A stretch of 27,963 bases of DNA from Chiloscyllium plagiosum (lineage: Eukaryota). The notes beneath the pieces are model-generated. The model worked only from the letters and a program-made list of their open reading frames with translations, searched no databases and had not been told where the DNA came from. The stretch spans positions 28,461,772 to 28,489,734 of the forward strand of contig NC_057720.1 in NCBI RefSeq assembly GCF_004010195.1. Reading direction: 5' to 3'. Positions 1 through 10,779 of the stretch are shown here, piece by piece. Both the position numbers and the translations under genes were made by a program. Positions within the stretch are counted from its first letter, which is position 1, and the number at the start of each line of letters is the position of its first letter.

Positions 1-394
1 CAAAGTGAGGATAAAGTAAAGCAATATATTATTAACTTATGTGCTCAAAATATTAACAGGACTAAATGTGAGAACAGAATCAGCTAAAAATCATAATTAT
101 ATGTTGATACTATTTTTATGTTTCAAAACTATCATGACTTTTAGCTTCTGCAGTTGAGACTAATGGAGAATTGAAATAGCTTTAATATTCATTTATGCCT
201 TTCAAAGGACCCTGCTGACAGTTAAACCTAGACTCTACGGGCTTGACCATTACAGAATTATTTTAAAAGAGTACTCAAACTGTTAATACTGTCAGGATAA
301 GATGTTATTGGCATTGAAGGTGAACTGTTACAGATTTACTTGACCAGTGTTTATATAAAGTCCCCTTAGCCTCAGTTCCATTATTGTTTCAGGT

Positions 395-601
395 CTGGGG
401 GTCAGTTAGCTCAGTTGACTGGATGGCTGGCCTGTGATGTAGAGTGATGCCAACAGTGTGGCTTCACGCACTGGCTGAGGTTACCATGAAGGATTCTCCT
501 CTTAACCTCTCCTGTTGCCTGATGCATGGTAATCCTTGGGTTAAACCATCAATAGTCATCTCTCTCTAATGAGAGCATAGCCCTATGCAGCGAGTTCATC
601 T
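395..601 (+). mobile_element. tRNA-derived SINE
   Basis: tRNA-like head with an A-box-like TAGCTCAGTTG at about 407-417. Flanked by a near-perfect 11-bp direct repeat (ttgtttcaggt 384-394, ttgcttcaggt 602-612). Confidence 0.7.
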
Positions 602-844
602 TTGCTTCAGGTATAAATGTGGTTTTGCTGGTATCAAACTGCAGGTAATTGGTCATACTCCATATGTTCTAGGAGGAAATGCCCAGATATTCAGGCAGTG
701 TACTGTGAAAACCTGGCTCAATTTCCATACACTATGTCTCTTACTTATAGAACTAGCATGAGTGATGACAACCAGCCTTTTCAAATTTGTCATTCCATAT
801 TCTCTTTGCATTGGTGTCAATTGATACAATGTCACATCAATTAA

Positions 845-1495
845 ATCATAAAAAATAGGAGCAGCAATAGGCCATCAGCCCATCAAGCCTGGTTCACCAT
901 TCAGTAAGATCATAGCTGATCTGCTTTCTTGCCTTAACTCCATTTTTCTGTCTATTCCCCATAACCTTTGACTCTCTTATCAATCAAAATCTGTTCAACT
1001 CAGCCTGGAATATATTCAATGACCCAGGCTCCATTGCTGTGCAAAGAAAATTCCAACAACTAACAATCATCTGAGAGAAGGAATCTTGCTCATCTCCCCT
1101 TATCTTGAGACTCTGCTCCCTTGTCCTAAATGTCCCTACAAGAGGACATATACTGCCAGTATCTACCCTGTCAAGCTCCCTCAGGTTCTTTTTTTTAAAT
1201 TCCAATGAGTGTAGGCCCAACTCCATCAATCCAACAATCAGCCGAGTGAATCTCCTCTGAACTGCTTCCAGTACATGTATATCCCTACTTAAGTAAAAGA
1301 CTGTGTATTCCGGATGTGGTTTCACCAGTGATCTATATGGTTGAAGCAAGACTTCTCTATTTTTATACTTGTCCTTCTTGGTACAAATGCCAATATTCTA
1401 TTTACCTGCCTATTCATGTTCAAGGATACCCAGATCCCTATGTACTATAATATTCTGCTTTCACTCTTGATTTAAATGGTATTCTGCTTCATTGG
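845..1495 (-). mobile_element. CR1-type LINE 3' fragment, decayed
   Basis: ORF 984-1349(-) has ORF2 C-terminal motifs: LYRSLVKPH.EY-like, LEAVQRRFTRLI.G, LGLHSLE, SLKIRG, FSQ.IVS.WN. The 3' UTR-like end is near 845. Confidence 0.85.
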
Positions 1496-1520
1496 CAATA
1501 CAGGACACCAGGTGTCATTC

Positions 1521-1656
1521 AACGTTTGTGAGAAGATTTGTAGCTCAGGTGCTCGTTGTTGTGGTTGTGTTCGCCAAGCTGGGAATTTGTGTTGCAGACA
1601 TTTCGTCCCCTGTCTAGGTGACAGGAGGCTCCCAAGCACTGAGGATGTCACCTAGA
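1521..1656. mobile_element. Short Penelope-like terminal-repeat insertion A (fold-back, split hammerhead)
   Basis: TSD caggtgtcattc at 1509-1520 and 1657-1668. 15-bp inverted repeat 1609-1623/1646-1660. CTGAGGA box on + (1639-1645); GAC-GAAA-TGTC-TGC half on - (1594-1607). Confidence 0.75.
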
Positions 1657-1680
1657 CAGGTGTCATTCTTACATCATACT

Positions 1681-1776
1681 TCTGAGGGAAGGGTCACTCG
1701 ATCCGGAACATTAACTCCGATTTCTCTCCACAGATGCTGCCAGACCTGCTGAGTTTTCCAGCAATTTCTGTTTTTG
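1681..1776 (+). mobile_element. Short Penelope-like terminal-repeat insertion D (decayed hammerhead)
   Basis: 13-bp TSD with one mismatch (cttacatcatact 1668-1680, cttacttcatact 1777-1789). Starts with a decayed core CTGAGGGA-AGGGTC-ACTC-GATCC-GGAA-CATTA. Shares gatgctgcc.gacctgctg.g.tttccagca with elements B and C. Confidence 0.7.
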
Positions 1777-2469
1777 CTTACTTCATACTAGATTTATTTA
1801 CTGTCTGCACTATGACAAATTCTGCCAAATCATTATCTAGTGTCCTGTAAGTCGTCTTTATACTATTTTGAGTAAAACAAAACATGTATATAAAAAATTT
1901 GAGAACCACCCCTGAAGAGGCACAAAAGTTGCAATGAAAATATATTATTTTAAAATAACTTTGCTGGGGCTGATAATGAATTTCAGTCACTGCATCGAAC
2001 AACCACCTCAACTGCCCATTGCCTGGACCAATTGGTAATTAATCTAGACCAGGCTCAGGAGCAAGTTTACAAGGAGGTCTTCCACCTTGTCTGCACCCCT
2101 CCTTATCAGATAGCCAAAGATCAGGAGCATGGATGGACCGATACGCCGACAAAACTTGAGGCACATCTCACTCAAGGAGTGAAATAGGTTGTGTGATGTT
2201 GCAGCTCAAATTCCTCAAGCTGCAAGAAATGCAAGTGGCCTGAGAGCCCATGAACCATCTTAATTTTTTGTTTCACAGGAGTGCTGCATGCAATATCATC
2301 TATGCAAATGCCCATTAGTGAAGTGAATCTCCCATTGGATGCTCCAAATTTTTCCAAGTAGCAAATGGAGCACCATGGCATGCCCAGATAGTTCACAAGG
2401 ACAGGAAGGGAAGAGTATGCCGGAGCATACTGAGAATCCCATGGCCATGTGAAATCATATTCATATCCA

Positions 2470-3470
2470 AATCTGCACTCAATCTGCTACTTAATCAATC
2501 AATGCCCTTGGCTTGTATATCCTTAATAATATAATTAGTGTTTTTCTATTCTTTCTTCTAAAGCGAACAATCTCACATTTTCCTCCATTCTATCAAAATT
2601 TTGCTTATTCATTTAACCAATTTATATCCTTTGCAATCTCTTTGTGTCTTCCTTTCAACTTACTTTCTACCTATCTTTGTATCATCAGCAAATGTGACTG
2701 CAATATAAGTCATTGATGTTGATGGTAAATATTTGATGCCTCAGAATGATCCCTCAAGCACCCACTGGTTGCAATTTGCCAACATGGCGATGATTTATTT
2801 ATTTCTAACTCTATATTCTGTAATCCATTAGTTAGCTAATCCTCTATATAATAAACTCCATATGCTAATGTATTACCCCCTGCACTATGACTCTTATCAT
2901 GTACAGTAAGTTGGTAATTAAAAAATGCCTTTTGAAAATCCAAATACACATTATCTACTGGTTCTATTTTATCCATCCTGCTTGTTATTTCCTCAAATAA
3001 CTCTAATAAATTTGTCGAACATGATTTCACTTTCACAAAGCTATGTTGATTCTGTCTAACTGTATTATGACTTTCTAAATGTATTGCTATTCACATCTTA
3101 ATAATGAATTGTAGCATTTTTCCATTGACAGATATTGAACTAACTGGCTTATAGTTTCCCAATTCCTGTCTACTTGCTTTCTTGAACAGTGATGTTGCAT
3201 TTACGGATTTTCAATCACTGGGATCTTTATGGAATTTTGGAAGATTAAAGCCAATGCATTGACTGTCTGCAGGCACTTAAATGGGTGGCCAAGAGGTTTG
3301 GGGTACTTGTTTCTCTTTAACCCTTTAGTTTTTGTACTACTTTTTCTTCAATGAACATGTTATGCTTTAAATTCTTCTCTCCTTTTTGCCTTATATTTGT
3401 CTAGTATTCTTGGGATGCTTTATATGCCTTCCCATGTTTAAAAAATTTAAAATTCTGCCTTTTCCTGGTT
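2470..3470 (-). mobile_element. CR1-type LINE RT fragment, decayed
   Basis: ORF 2836-3036(-) reads [35 protein letters not shown], a non-LTR RT motif of the CR1 clade. Confidence 0.85.
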
Positions 3471-3499
3471 TTCCCCATTAACATAAATTGAGGTTTGAT

Positions 3500-4550
3500 T
3501 CATACATAAAAGTCACAAAGCCAAGTTAATAGATCGTTTTAAGGTTGGAAAGAAGCAAATAGTGATGTGCCACAAGGATCAGTCCTATTATTTGTTATCT
3601 ATTTGTAATAATTTGGAGGAAGGAGAAGAATGTAATGTACCTAAATTTTCTGACAGTACAAATTAGATGAAAAGAATGTTCAATGAGGATACAAAGAATC
3701 TGCAAGGGGATAAGTGAGGTTCAGTGAGTGGACAAAACTTGGCAGATAAAATTTAACAGAGAAAATAGTGAGGTAATACAATCTGATAAAATCAAAAAGC
3801 AGACTATAATTTAAATGGCAAGACATTCCAAAAAAACACAGCACAGAGGGACATGAGTGATTTTGGGCATGAAGCACAAAAATTATCATGCAGATGCAGC
3901 AAGTAACTAAGAAAACAAATGGAATTGTTGCCTTCATAGCTGGGGGTTGGAGTTTGAAAATAGAGAAATCTTGTTACAACCATGCGAGATATTGATTAGA
4001 TTGTACCTGAAATACTGTATACTGTTTTGGATTTTCTAAGAAAGGATGTACTAGCATTGAAGGTAGTTCATAGGGGATTCATGAGGCTAATTCCTGGGAT
4101 GAAGGGATTGACGTATCAGGAACAGTCAACAGATGAGATGTTATTAATTCGAGTTTAGTAGAATGAGTAGTGATTTTATTCAAAGAGATTCTGAGTAGGA
4201 TTAGCAGGGTAGATATTGAAAAGATTATTTCCATTATTGGGGAAATCTCAAACCTGATGACATAGTTACAAAATGAGAGGACATTCATCTGAAACAGAGA
4301 TGTGAGGAAATTTCTTCTCCTAGAGGATATGACTATCTGGAAATGGCTTACCTAAAGGGTTATGGAGGCTAGATCACTGGAAGTATTTAAAGAAGGGGTA
4401 GCTTAATTTTTGAAATATCAGGGAATTGAGAGCTATGATGAGTTGGCTCAGAAGAGGAGTTGAAGCCTGGAACAGATTGGCCATGGTGCTGTTGAATGGC
4501 AGGGCAGGCTTAAAGGGTCAAATGGCCTAATTCTACTGCTGTAGCTTAGG
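3500..4550 (+). mobile_element. CR1-type LINE, RT C-terminal half to 3' end, decayed
   Basis: agtgatgtgccacaaggatcagtcct (S.VPQGSVL) near 3561, aaattttctgacagtacaaaatta (KFADDTKL-like) near 3643, aggaaatttcttctcc (RNFFS) near 4305, then a 3' UTR. Confidence 0.85.
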
Positions 4551-5069
4551 TTTTCGCCTTGAATTGAATCTTGTCATTTCAGAGAGTTGTACTGTTTAAC
4601 ACTCCCGACTCCCGCTATTTATTCTCAATTCATGGAATCTTTTCACTTTGACAGCTCATTGTGAAATGTGTTATTCCTCTTGTCCTATGCTGAATTGGGA
4701 TAATGCTACATTCCTCAAGCCATAATACATATAGCTATCAACATATTCCTGTACTAATGCCTCACTGGCTTACAAATAAGTAGTTTACTTGTAATCCACC
4801 TTGCACAGGGTCTGTTTTACATCATCAGGAGGTGACTTGAGAAGGACCTAAAATAAGCTTGAGAAATGGGCAAAATGATGAGGCAAGAACTGAACACATA
4901 AAACTGATGATAATTGATAAAGGCGAGATGATACTTTAAAACTTAGAAAAGTAAATACTTGAAAACTGGAACAGAATTCTCTAGCTTTTGATTGAACTTG
5001 AGAAATATACTATACAGTGAAAGGGTTAAATACAACATATGATGCAACTGTTTTTAAGTAGCTGGTGTT

Positions 5070-5435
5070 TCATTCTTTCATAGGATGTAGGTCTTGTTGA
5101 CAACGTCAGCATTTGTTGCCTGCCGTAATTGCCTTTTAACTGAGTGCCTTGATTGGCCAATTCTGAGGATAGTTAAGAGTCAATCACATTGCTATGGGTG
5201 TAAGGTCATGTTTAGGGCCAGTCCAGGTAAGGATGGCAGATTTTTTTTCCTAAGAGACATGAATGAACCAGATGGATTTTTGTGACAATTGATGATACTT
5301 GCATGGTCGTCACTATGTTCCAGATTTTTTTTTATTAGTTGAATTTAACTTCCACCATAAGTGTTCTGCAAAGCATTAGTCTGAGTCTCTTGATTTCTTG
5401 TCCAGTGATATTACCACAGTTTCATTATTTTCACC
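5070..5435 (-). mobile_element. Deu-domain-like SINE (SacSINE1/AmnSINE-type), decayed
   Basis: Colinear similarity with the copies at 9335-9835 and 26105-26295 (gttaagagtcaa.cacattgct, ggtaaggatggcaga, gaaccagatgg). Family name is from memory of shark SINEs. Confidence 0.6.
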
Positions 5436-5739
5436 CATTGCCTGCCCCAACTCAAAACAAACTGGACCTGTCCAGATCTTTGGGTTTTCAGATAAATGGA
5501 GACAAGGCCATACCCTGGAAGGCGCTGTATGGGACCCCTCGAAACACCTGTGCATTAACTCTATCGGAATTGTGGGAAGCTTGAACATTCAATGGGCAAT
5601 TCCTGGGATCCTATGGAAGGTTTTCAACTTTGAGCCAGTGTTAGAGACTTTGGTCAGTTTAATCCTAAATGCCTGGATACTTCCCCAAGAAATGTTAGAT
5701 TGAACTGATTTAACTAGCGGGTAACTCCACAACTGCTTT

Positions 5740-6070
5740 GCTCCTGCCCCATCAACTCTATCTCCTGGAAAACCTCTGACTCACTCCTGACCTGACCTGA
5801 CTAAACACCGTCACCCAATTGTTGCTTTTATTCTCCTCACACACAGCCACACGCACCTACCTTCCTAACCATCCATCTTACCTACCTATTACCCTGACTG
5901 CCTACCACTCTGGCCATCCGCCATCTTACCCATTGGCTTCATCATTCCTACCCACTTGAGCAATCCTTTTGCCTACCTTACCCAGTTAACCACACCTTGC
6001 CCACCCTCTTCCCCTACACAATTGCCTTACTTACCTTCATCGTCCCCCACTCCCATTATTTACTTCATTG
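5740..6070. repeat. C/T-rich low-complexity tract inside an unclassified repeat
   Basis: G-poor sequence with repeated cctac, ctgac and ccac units. Confidence 0.5.
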
Positions 6071-7874
6071 TTGAGACATTTAAACCCTTTAACCGCAAGG
6101 GCATTATTACTGTAAGAAGGGGGTGTGATTTCCTCACAGTTTCTTTGCTGTACTCCAAAATTTAGTGCACTGAATCAGTTCTGAAAGATCTTCTATTGAA
6201 ACATCACTTAGGAAAGTCGGAGGAAGGTAAGTTTTTCTTTGTCTGATGAGGTTTGGAAATTACATTTCTGATCCTGATCAGAAAATCTGGGCCACGTTTC
6301 TGTTGCTTTTTTGTTTGCTGTGATCTTCTGTGGAGTTCCCAAACCTAGGGCTGTTTAAAGTTTATTTGCTCAGTTGTGCTGCAGTGAATGGAAATTACCT
6401 ATATTTTTGACTAATGCAACCATGTACAACCCAACATTGCAATTTCAGTTTGCAAATCGCAATTTTGTTTGAATAAAGGTGGAAGTAGTTCTCTCAATTA
6501 CTGCATTAATGCTTGCAACTGTTAATTTAAATATTTTGAAGTTATCATATTCTGAAACTGATTTTGAAGAATCACTGTTCTACATGGCAGGCAAAGATTC
6601 CATCCATCAATGTCCATTTTTTAACCAAAGATTTGTTGTAATTTTTTTAAAAATTGTTTTATGGGATTTGGATGTTGCTGGCAAGGCCAACTATTATTGC
6701 CTAGATAATCATATCTCACAGAAAGATATTACAATTGGCATATCTGGTTTAGTGCTAATGAATCTCAAGTATTTGGCCACACAGGGACTTCATCGTTCCA
6801 AACCCAAAAACAACAACGTATTCTGCATGAATCATTTTATTCATTTTTAGAGAAGGAATTACTTTGCATGTGAACTAACATAGAGAGTAGCAACTTTGAC
6901 TTATTGTTCCTCTCCCTGTCAATAAATGATCTTACTGACTCCGATGCAGTTCTGCAGGAACATGGTGAAAGCAGAAAGTCAACTGTAATGAATAAGAATT
7001 TACAACTGGATAACATTTGGTAGAAAGCTGATCATTCCCTAGCCTCCTAGCTAATCCTTATTGATTATTTGGCTTTTTAACCAAGACAAAAAGACTGACA
7101 TCAACCATGTAGGTCATGTGGCATGTGATTTAAACTTGTTTCGTTTGAGCCTCTCCATGGGTTCTTAGCCTACCAGCCATTCCATGTTGCATTTAAATGA
7201 AGGAAATATTCAATCTCTATAGCATCAAGATGGCCCATTGAAATGGAAATTGCAATTTAACATTCATTCACGTTATAGATTACTGTTTTGGCTCCAAAGT
7301 TACAACTGGGAACATTGCCCCACAACAATGAAACTATTCCTACACATTGGACCCCTGATTATTTTTTGTGGTTTAACCCTTGACGTCCACCAGTTTTTTG
7401 TTGTCTGCAGTCAGTGTTCTTTCTTAAAGCGTTCTGTCAATTTTACTTTGATCTAGTTTCAGAAAATGTGAATGAGTTGCCCAGGATAGACAAATTTATC
7501 CTTCAAACCAGCTTACTGGAACTGTGTGACTTATCCAATGACATAGCAGACATCACAATCTTAGCAGAATGAGAGCTTGAGTCACTGTGAATCATCCTGG
7601 GGTTCATATTTTGATATTACGTTTCACAGCCACATAGATTAATCCGATTTTAGTGTGGCAGTTAGTGAAGGCGATAGCCCTATGTTTCACCTTATTTTGG
7701 GAAAAGCCATGGAATTAAGCAGTCAGCCACTTAACTGGGAAAGGGCAAACCTTCCACTTGATCAAAGAATCACATCTCCTGACAGCCGTTGGTAAATCGA
7801 CGGCTGACAATTGTGCATTGTTCAGTACTCTAACCCAGAAAGTAATGGCTGTTGCCAATAATACGCTCACCCAA

Positions 7875-8830
7875 AGGACCCAGGCCTTCTGATCACAAGT
7901 CATTGAATGCAGTGAGCTGCCTCAATAGGTCTGTTCTGTGTTCTCTACCTGGGCGGTTGAATAAGGAGTATACATTTACTAGTATTTCTGCATTGGTTAG
8001 CTGGGTGATCAGGGGTTCAATGTGTGCCATCCCTATACCTCCCTCCAACTCGCCACTGAATTGTTATTCTTGTCTTGTATTTCAGTGGCAATGGATCAGA
8101 CCAATGACTATTTGATCCCTTTTCCGAGGTAGTATTGTTTTGTTATGTTAACATGACATAACCTTTAATTTTTCTCTGATCTGGGGTCTCAATCACTTCC
8201 TCAAGGTTCTTCACTACTCTATATAGGCTGCTGAACCAGAATCTTAAAGGACCACGTTGGAAGAAGCCTGAGTCTCCCGAGAGCAAGGTTCATCCCTGAC
8301 ATGTTTATACCATCAGTGTTTGGGAGATCTTCAAGTGTTTTTGGGCCACTTGCAGGCTCATGAGAGTCACTCTCAGAACTCAGCTATGTAGTCTAACATG
8401 GAGACTTCTTCCTTCATTCTAAAAACTTCTCCTTAAGTAGTTTCAGATTCCCTCATACTGGGTGCCTACAATTAATTCAACCTCATTCAAATAGAGTAAA
8501 ATTGATTACCTCACTGGATGAGATCCTGGTGACATGCAGAAGATGTAGTCTTTTATCCCAGTCATGGGGTGTTTATGGCAGTATGTCCTGAACATTGTTT
8601 TTACGGTCTGGTGGTACCCTCCTAGAGCCACTTGTGACTGTGGGTGATATGCTAGACTTCCATTAAGCCGTACTACAGTTACCCATAAGTTTATGGGATA
8701 CTTTGGACATGAAAATGGAAGGTCCACAACTAGCACGGCTGTGTTACCTACAGAGATTTGGTCCTTACACACTATCAAAAATAGTCAGTTAGATTCCAAG
8801 CCTTGTGTTTGCCTAGGGCCTTAACAGGGC
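7875..8830 (-). mobile_element. Gypsy LTR-retrotransposon pol relic: integrase core and C-terminus followed by a linker (Gmr1-like order)
   Basis: ORF 8506-8778(-) has SLAYHPQSQVALGGYHQTVKTMFRTYC (integrase core). Downstream frameshifted peptides are LKLLKEKFL (~8440), MLDYIAEF (~8400), IETPDQRK (~8190), RLCHVNITKQYY (~8164-8129) and LTNAEILVNVYSLF...RTDLLRQLTAFNDL (~8000-7900). Confidence 0.85.
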
Positions 8831-9420
8831 AACAGTAGTCCAGCTGCTCTGATTCATTGGAACTTTTATAACATAGTTTGTGTTGTGTTAGAAAATAATG
8901 GCTTTTTCTTTTTAAAACTGTTCTTTAAAATAGTAGGGACGTGGTTTTAATTTGAATTCTTTCAAATGCTTTTGTTTATTAGTTATAAAAATATTGGAGG
9001 CGTAAGAGAAAGGTTCTATGAGTGAGTTAGGCAGATGAAACTTTTGATGAAACTTCCAATACTTACATCCAGAGGTGGTCTGAAATAATGCTAAAAGTAA
9101 ATTATAATTATGGCAGCAAGACTTGACGCCAAGTTGACTAATTACCAGTAGATTCTTACACCACTAAAGTTACGTTTCCTTTGAATGTGAACTTGTGTCA
9201 TTTGTTGCCTCTCCTACCTTGCAGCACTACTGTATTGTCACACAACCGACTTGGACCTTGTCAAGCTGATGTTGATATTTGATGCAGAATATGCTCTTGC
9301 TCTGTGGAATAAACTGAAGAAATTTGCATTTTTAAAAATTCATTCACGGGATGTGGGCATCGATGGCTGGACCGTATTTATTGTCCATCCGTATTTGCCA
9401 CAATGGGCAGTTAACAATTA

Positions 9421-9557
9421 AGGAGAAAGTGAGGTCTGCAGATGCTGGAGATCAGAGCTGAAAATGTGTTGCTGGAAAAGCGCAGCAGGTCAGGCAGCAT
9501 CCAGGGAACAGGAGACTGAAGAAGGGCTTATGCCCGAAACGTCGATTCTCCTGTCCC
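9421..9557. mobile_element. Short Penelope-like terminal-repeat insertion B (fold-back, complete hammerhead core)
   Basis: Perfect TSD cagttaacaatta at 9408-9420 and 9558-9570. 9421-9515 is the reverse complement of 27153-27247 at 94/95 positions. Confidence 0.85.
9508..9554 (+). ncRNA. Minimal type I hammerhead ribozyme motif
   Basis: CTGAAGA (9516-9522), A, helix II GGGC/TTAT/GCCC, GAAA (9536-9539), C, GTC cleavage triplet (9541-9543). Palindromic ACGT helix III. Possible helix I 9508-9515/9547-9554. Confidence 0.75.
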
Positions 9558-10360
9558 CAGTTAACAATTAACCACATTGATCTGGATCTGGAGGCACATG
9601 TAAGCCAGACTGGGTACAGTCAGTAGATTTCCTTCCCTAAAAGACATTTGTGAGCCAGATGAGCTTTTCCAGCAATCAGTAATCGTTTTATGCTCTTAAA
9701 CTCTTTATTCTAGATTTTTATTGAAATTTGTTTCACCATCTGTGATGTCAAGATTTGAACCCAGGTCCCAAGAACAATACCTGGATCTATAGATTCATTG
9801 TCTGGCAATAAAACCATGAAGCCATTGTCTCTCCTCGTTACATTCTAACCTTGAGAGGTTAGTTTTTGATCCCTTCAATCTTCACATCCTTTTCAGGACT
9901 CAGCTCATGGCCTTCAGTGCTGAAGAAAGGGCAAAGGATCAAATGTCCCTGATAAAGAAATATCCCTTCAAGGTGGCAAGTAATGTATAACCACATTTGA
10001 CTCAGTCACCTCATATGCAAAGAGCTGGATGGAAACGTTGGACAGTTGCGGGCTCATGTGAAGACCGCCAAAAGTGCAAAATTTATGGGGTTTGTGGGAA
10101 GAGCTGCCAGGAAGGGCACATGAATGCTTGGGGGCTGACTGAAACATAGAGACAGAGGCAGCAAGCTACTGGCTGAGGGATATCCCCAATCAACTTCTAT
10201 CATAGTGGAATTCAGAAGCATAATGGAGAAGAAAATGGCTGCAACCACAATTGGAATGAGCATAGTGAGCAAATCAGCATGTAAGAGAAGGGGCTGCAGG
10301 ACCAATGTTAGAGCTTTTAAAGTGAAAGAACACTACATAATGACTCGTGCACTGTACAGG

Positions 10361-10645
10361 ACACAGACAATAGGTGCAGGAGTAGGCCATTCTGCCCTTC
10401 GAGCCAGCAGCACCATTCATTATGATCATGGCTGATCATCCTCAATCAGTATCCTGTTCCTGCCTTATCCCCATAACCCTTGATTCCACTATCCTTAAGA
10501 GCTCTATCCAACTCTTTCTTGAAAGTATCCAGACACTTGGCCTCCACACCCTTCTGGGGCAGAGCATTCCACACACCCACCGCTCTCTGGGTGAAGAAGT
10601 TTCTCCTCAACTCTGTTCTAAATGGCCTACCCCTTATTTTTAAAC
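10361..10645 (-). mobile_element. Young 5'-truncated CR1-type LINE 3' end
   Basis: Undisrupted ORF2 C-terminus LKIRGRPFRTELRRNFFTQRAVGVWNALPQKGVEAKCLDTFKKELDRAL...GY* followed by the 3' UTR. Confidence 0.9.
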
Positions 10646-10779
10646 AGACCAGAAGTAAGGTCAAAGCAGTGCTATTTATAAAGAAGTATAAGTAATACAC
10701 AGTATTTTGTCACCTATATTTCTAAGTGTTCTAAATAAGTTTCCTTCTTTCACTCACTCCTACTACATCATAGTGTTCT

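Larger units (their letters stand above)
9335..9835 (-). mobile_element. Deu-domain-like tRNA-headed SINE, interrupted by element B
   Basis: tRNA-like head at the right end (B-box-like GGGTTCAAATC on -, about 9752-9763). The body matches 5070-5435 and resumes exactly after the 13-bp duplication. Confidence 0.7.

Noticed and set aside
2470..4550. Divergent CR1 fragments as a single twin-primed inversion
   Set aside because: Both halves contain the same VPQGS region of RT and no shared TSD was found, so two separate insertions are more likely.
6165..6232. Open 61-nt segment ending in a strong donor GAAG|gtaagt
   Set aside because: The acceptor is weak, it appears to lie in an unclassified repeat (about 5440-6295), and the peptide is not recognisable.
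8052..8089. 9-bp inverted repeat gccactgaa/ttcagtggc
   Set aside because: It is short, lies inside decayed Gypsy pol sequence and is compatible with chance.
6851..8128. Apparent 1278-nt exon between a good acceptor and donor that looks protein-like if stops are read as Gln/Arg
   Set aside because: About 23 stops in 426 codons is the random rate, other frames look equally plausible, and the 3' part is the antisense strand of the Gypsy relic.
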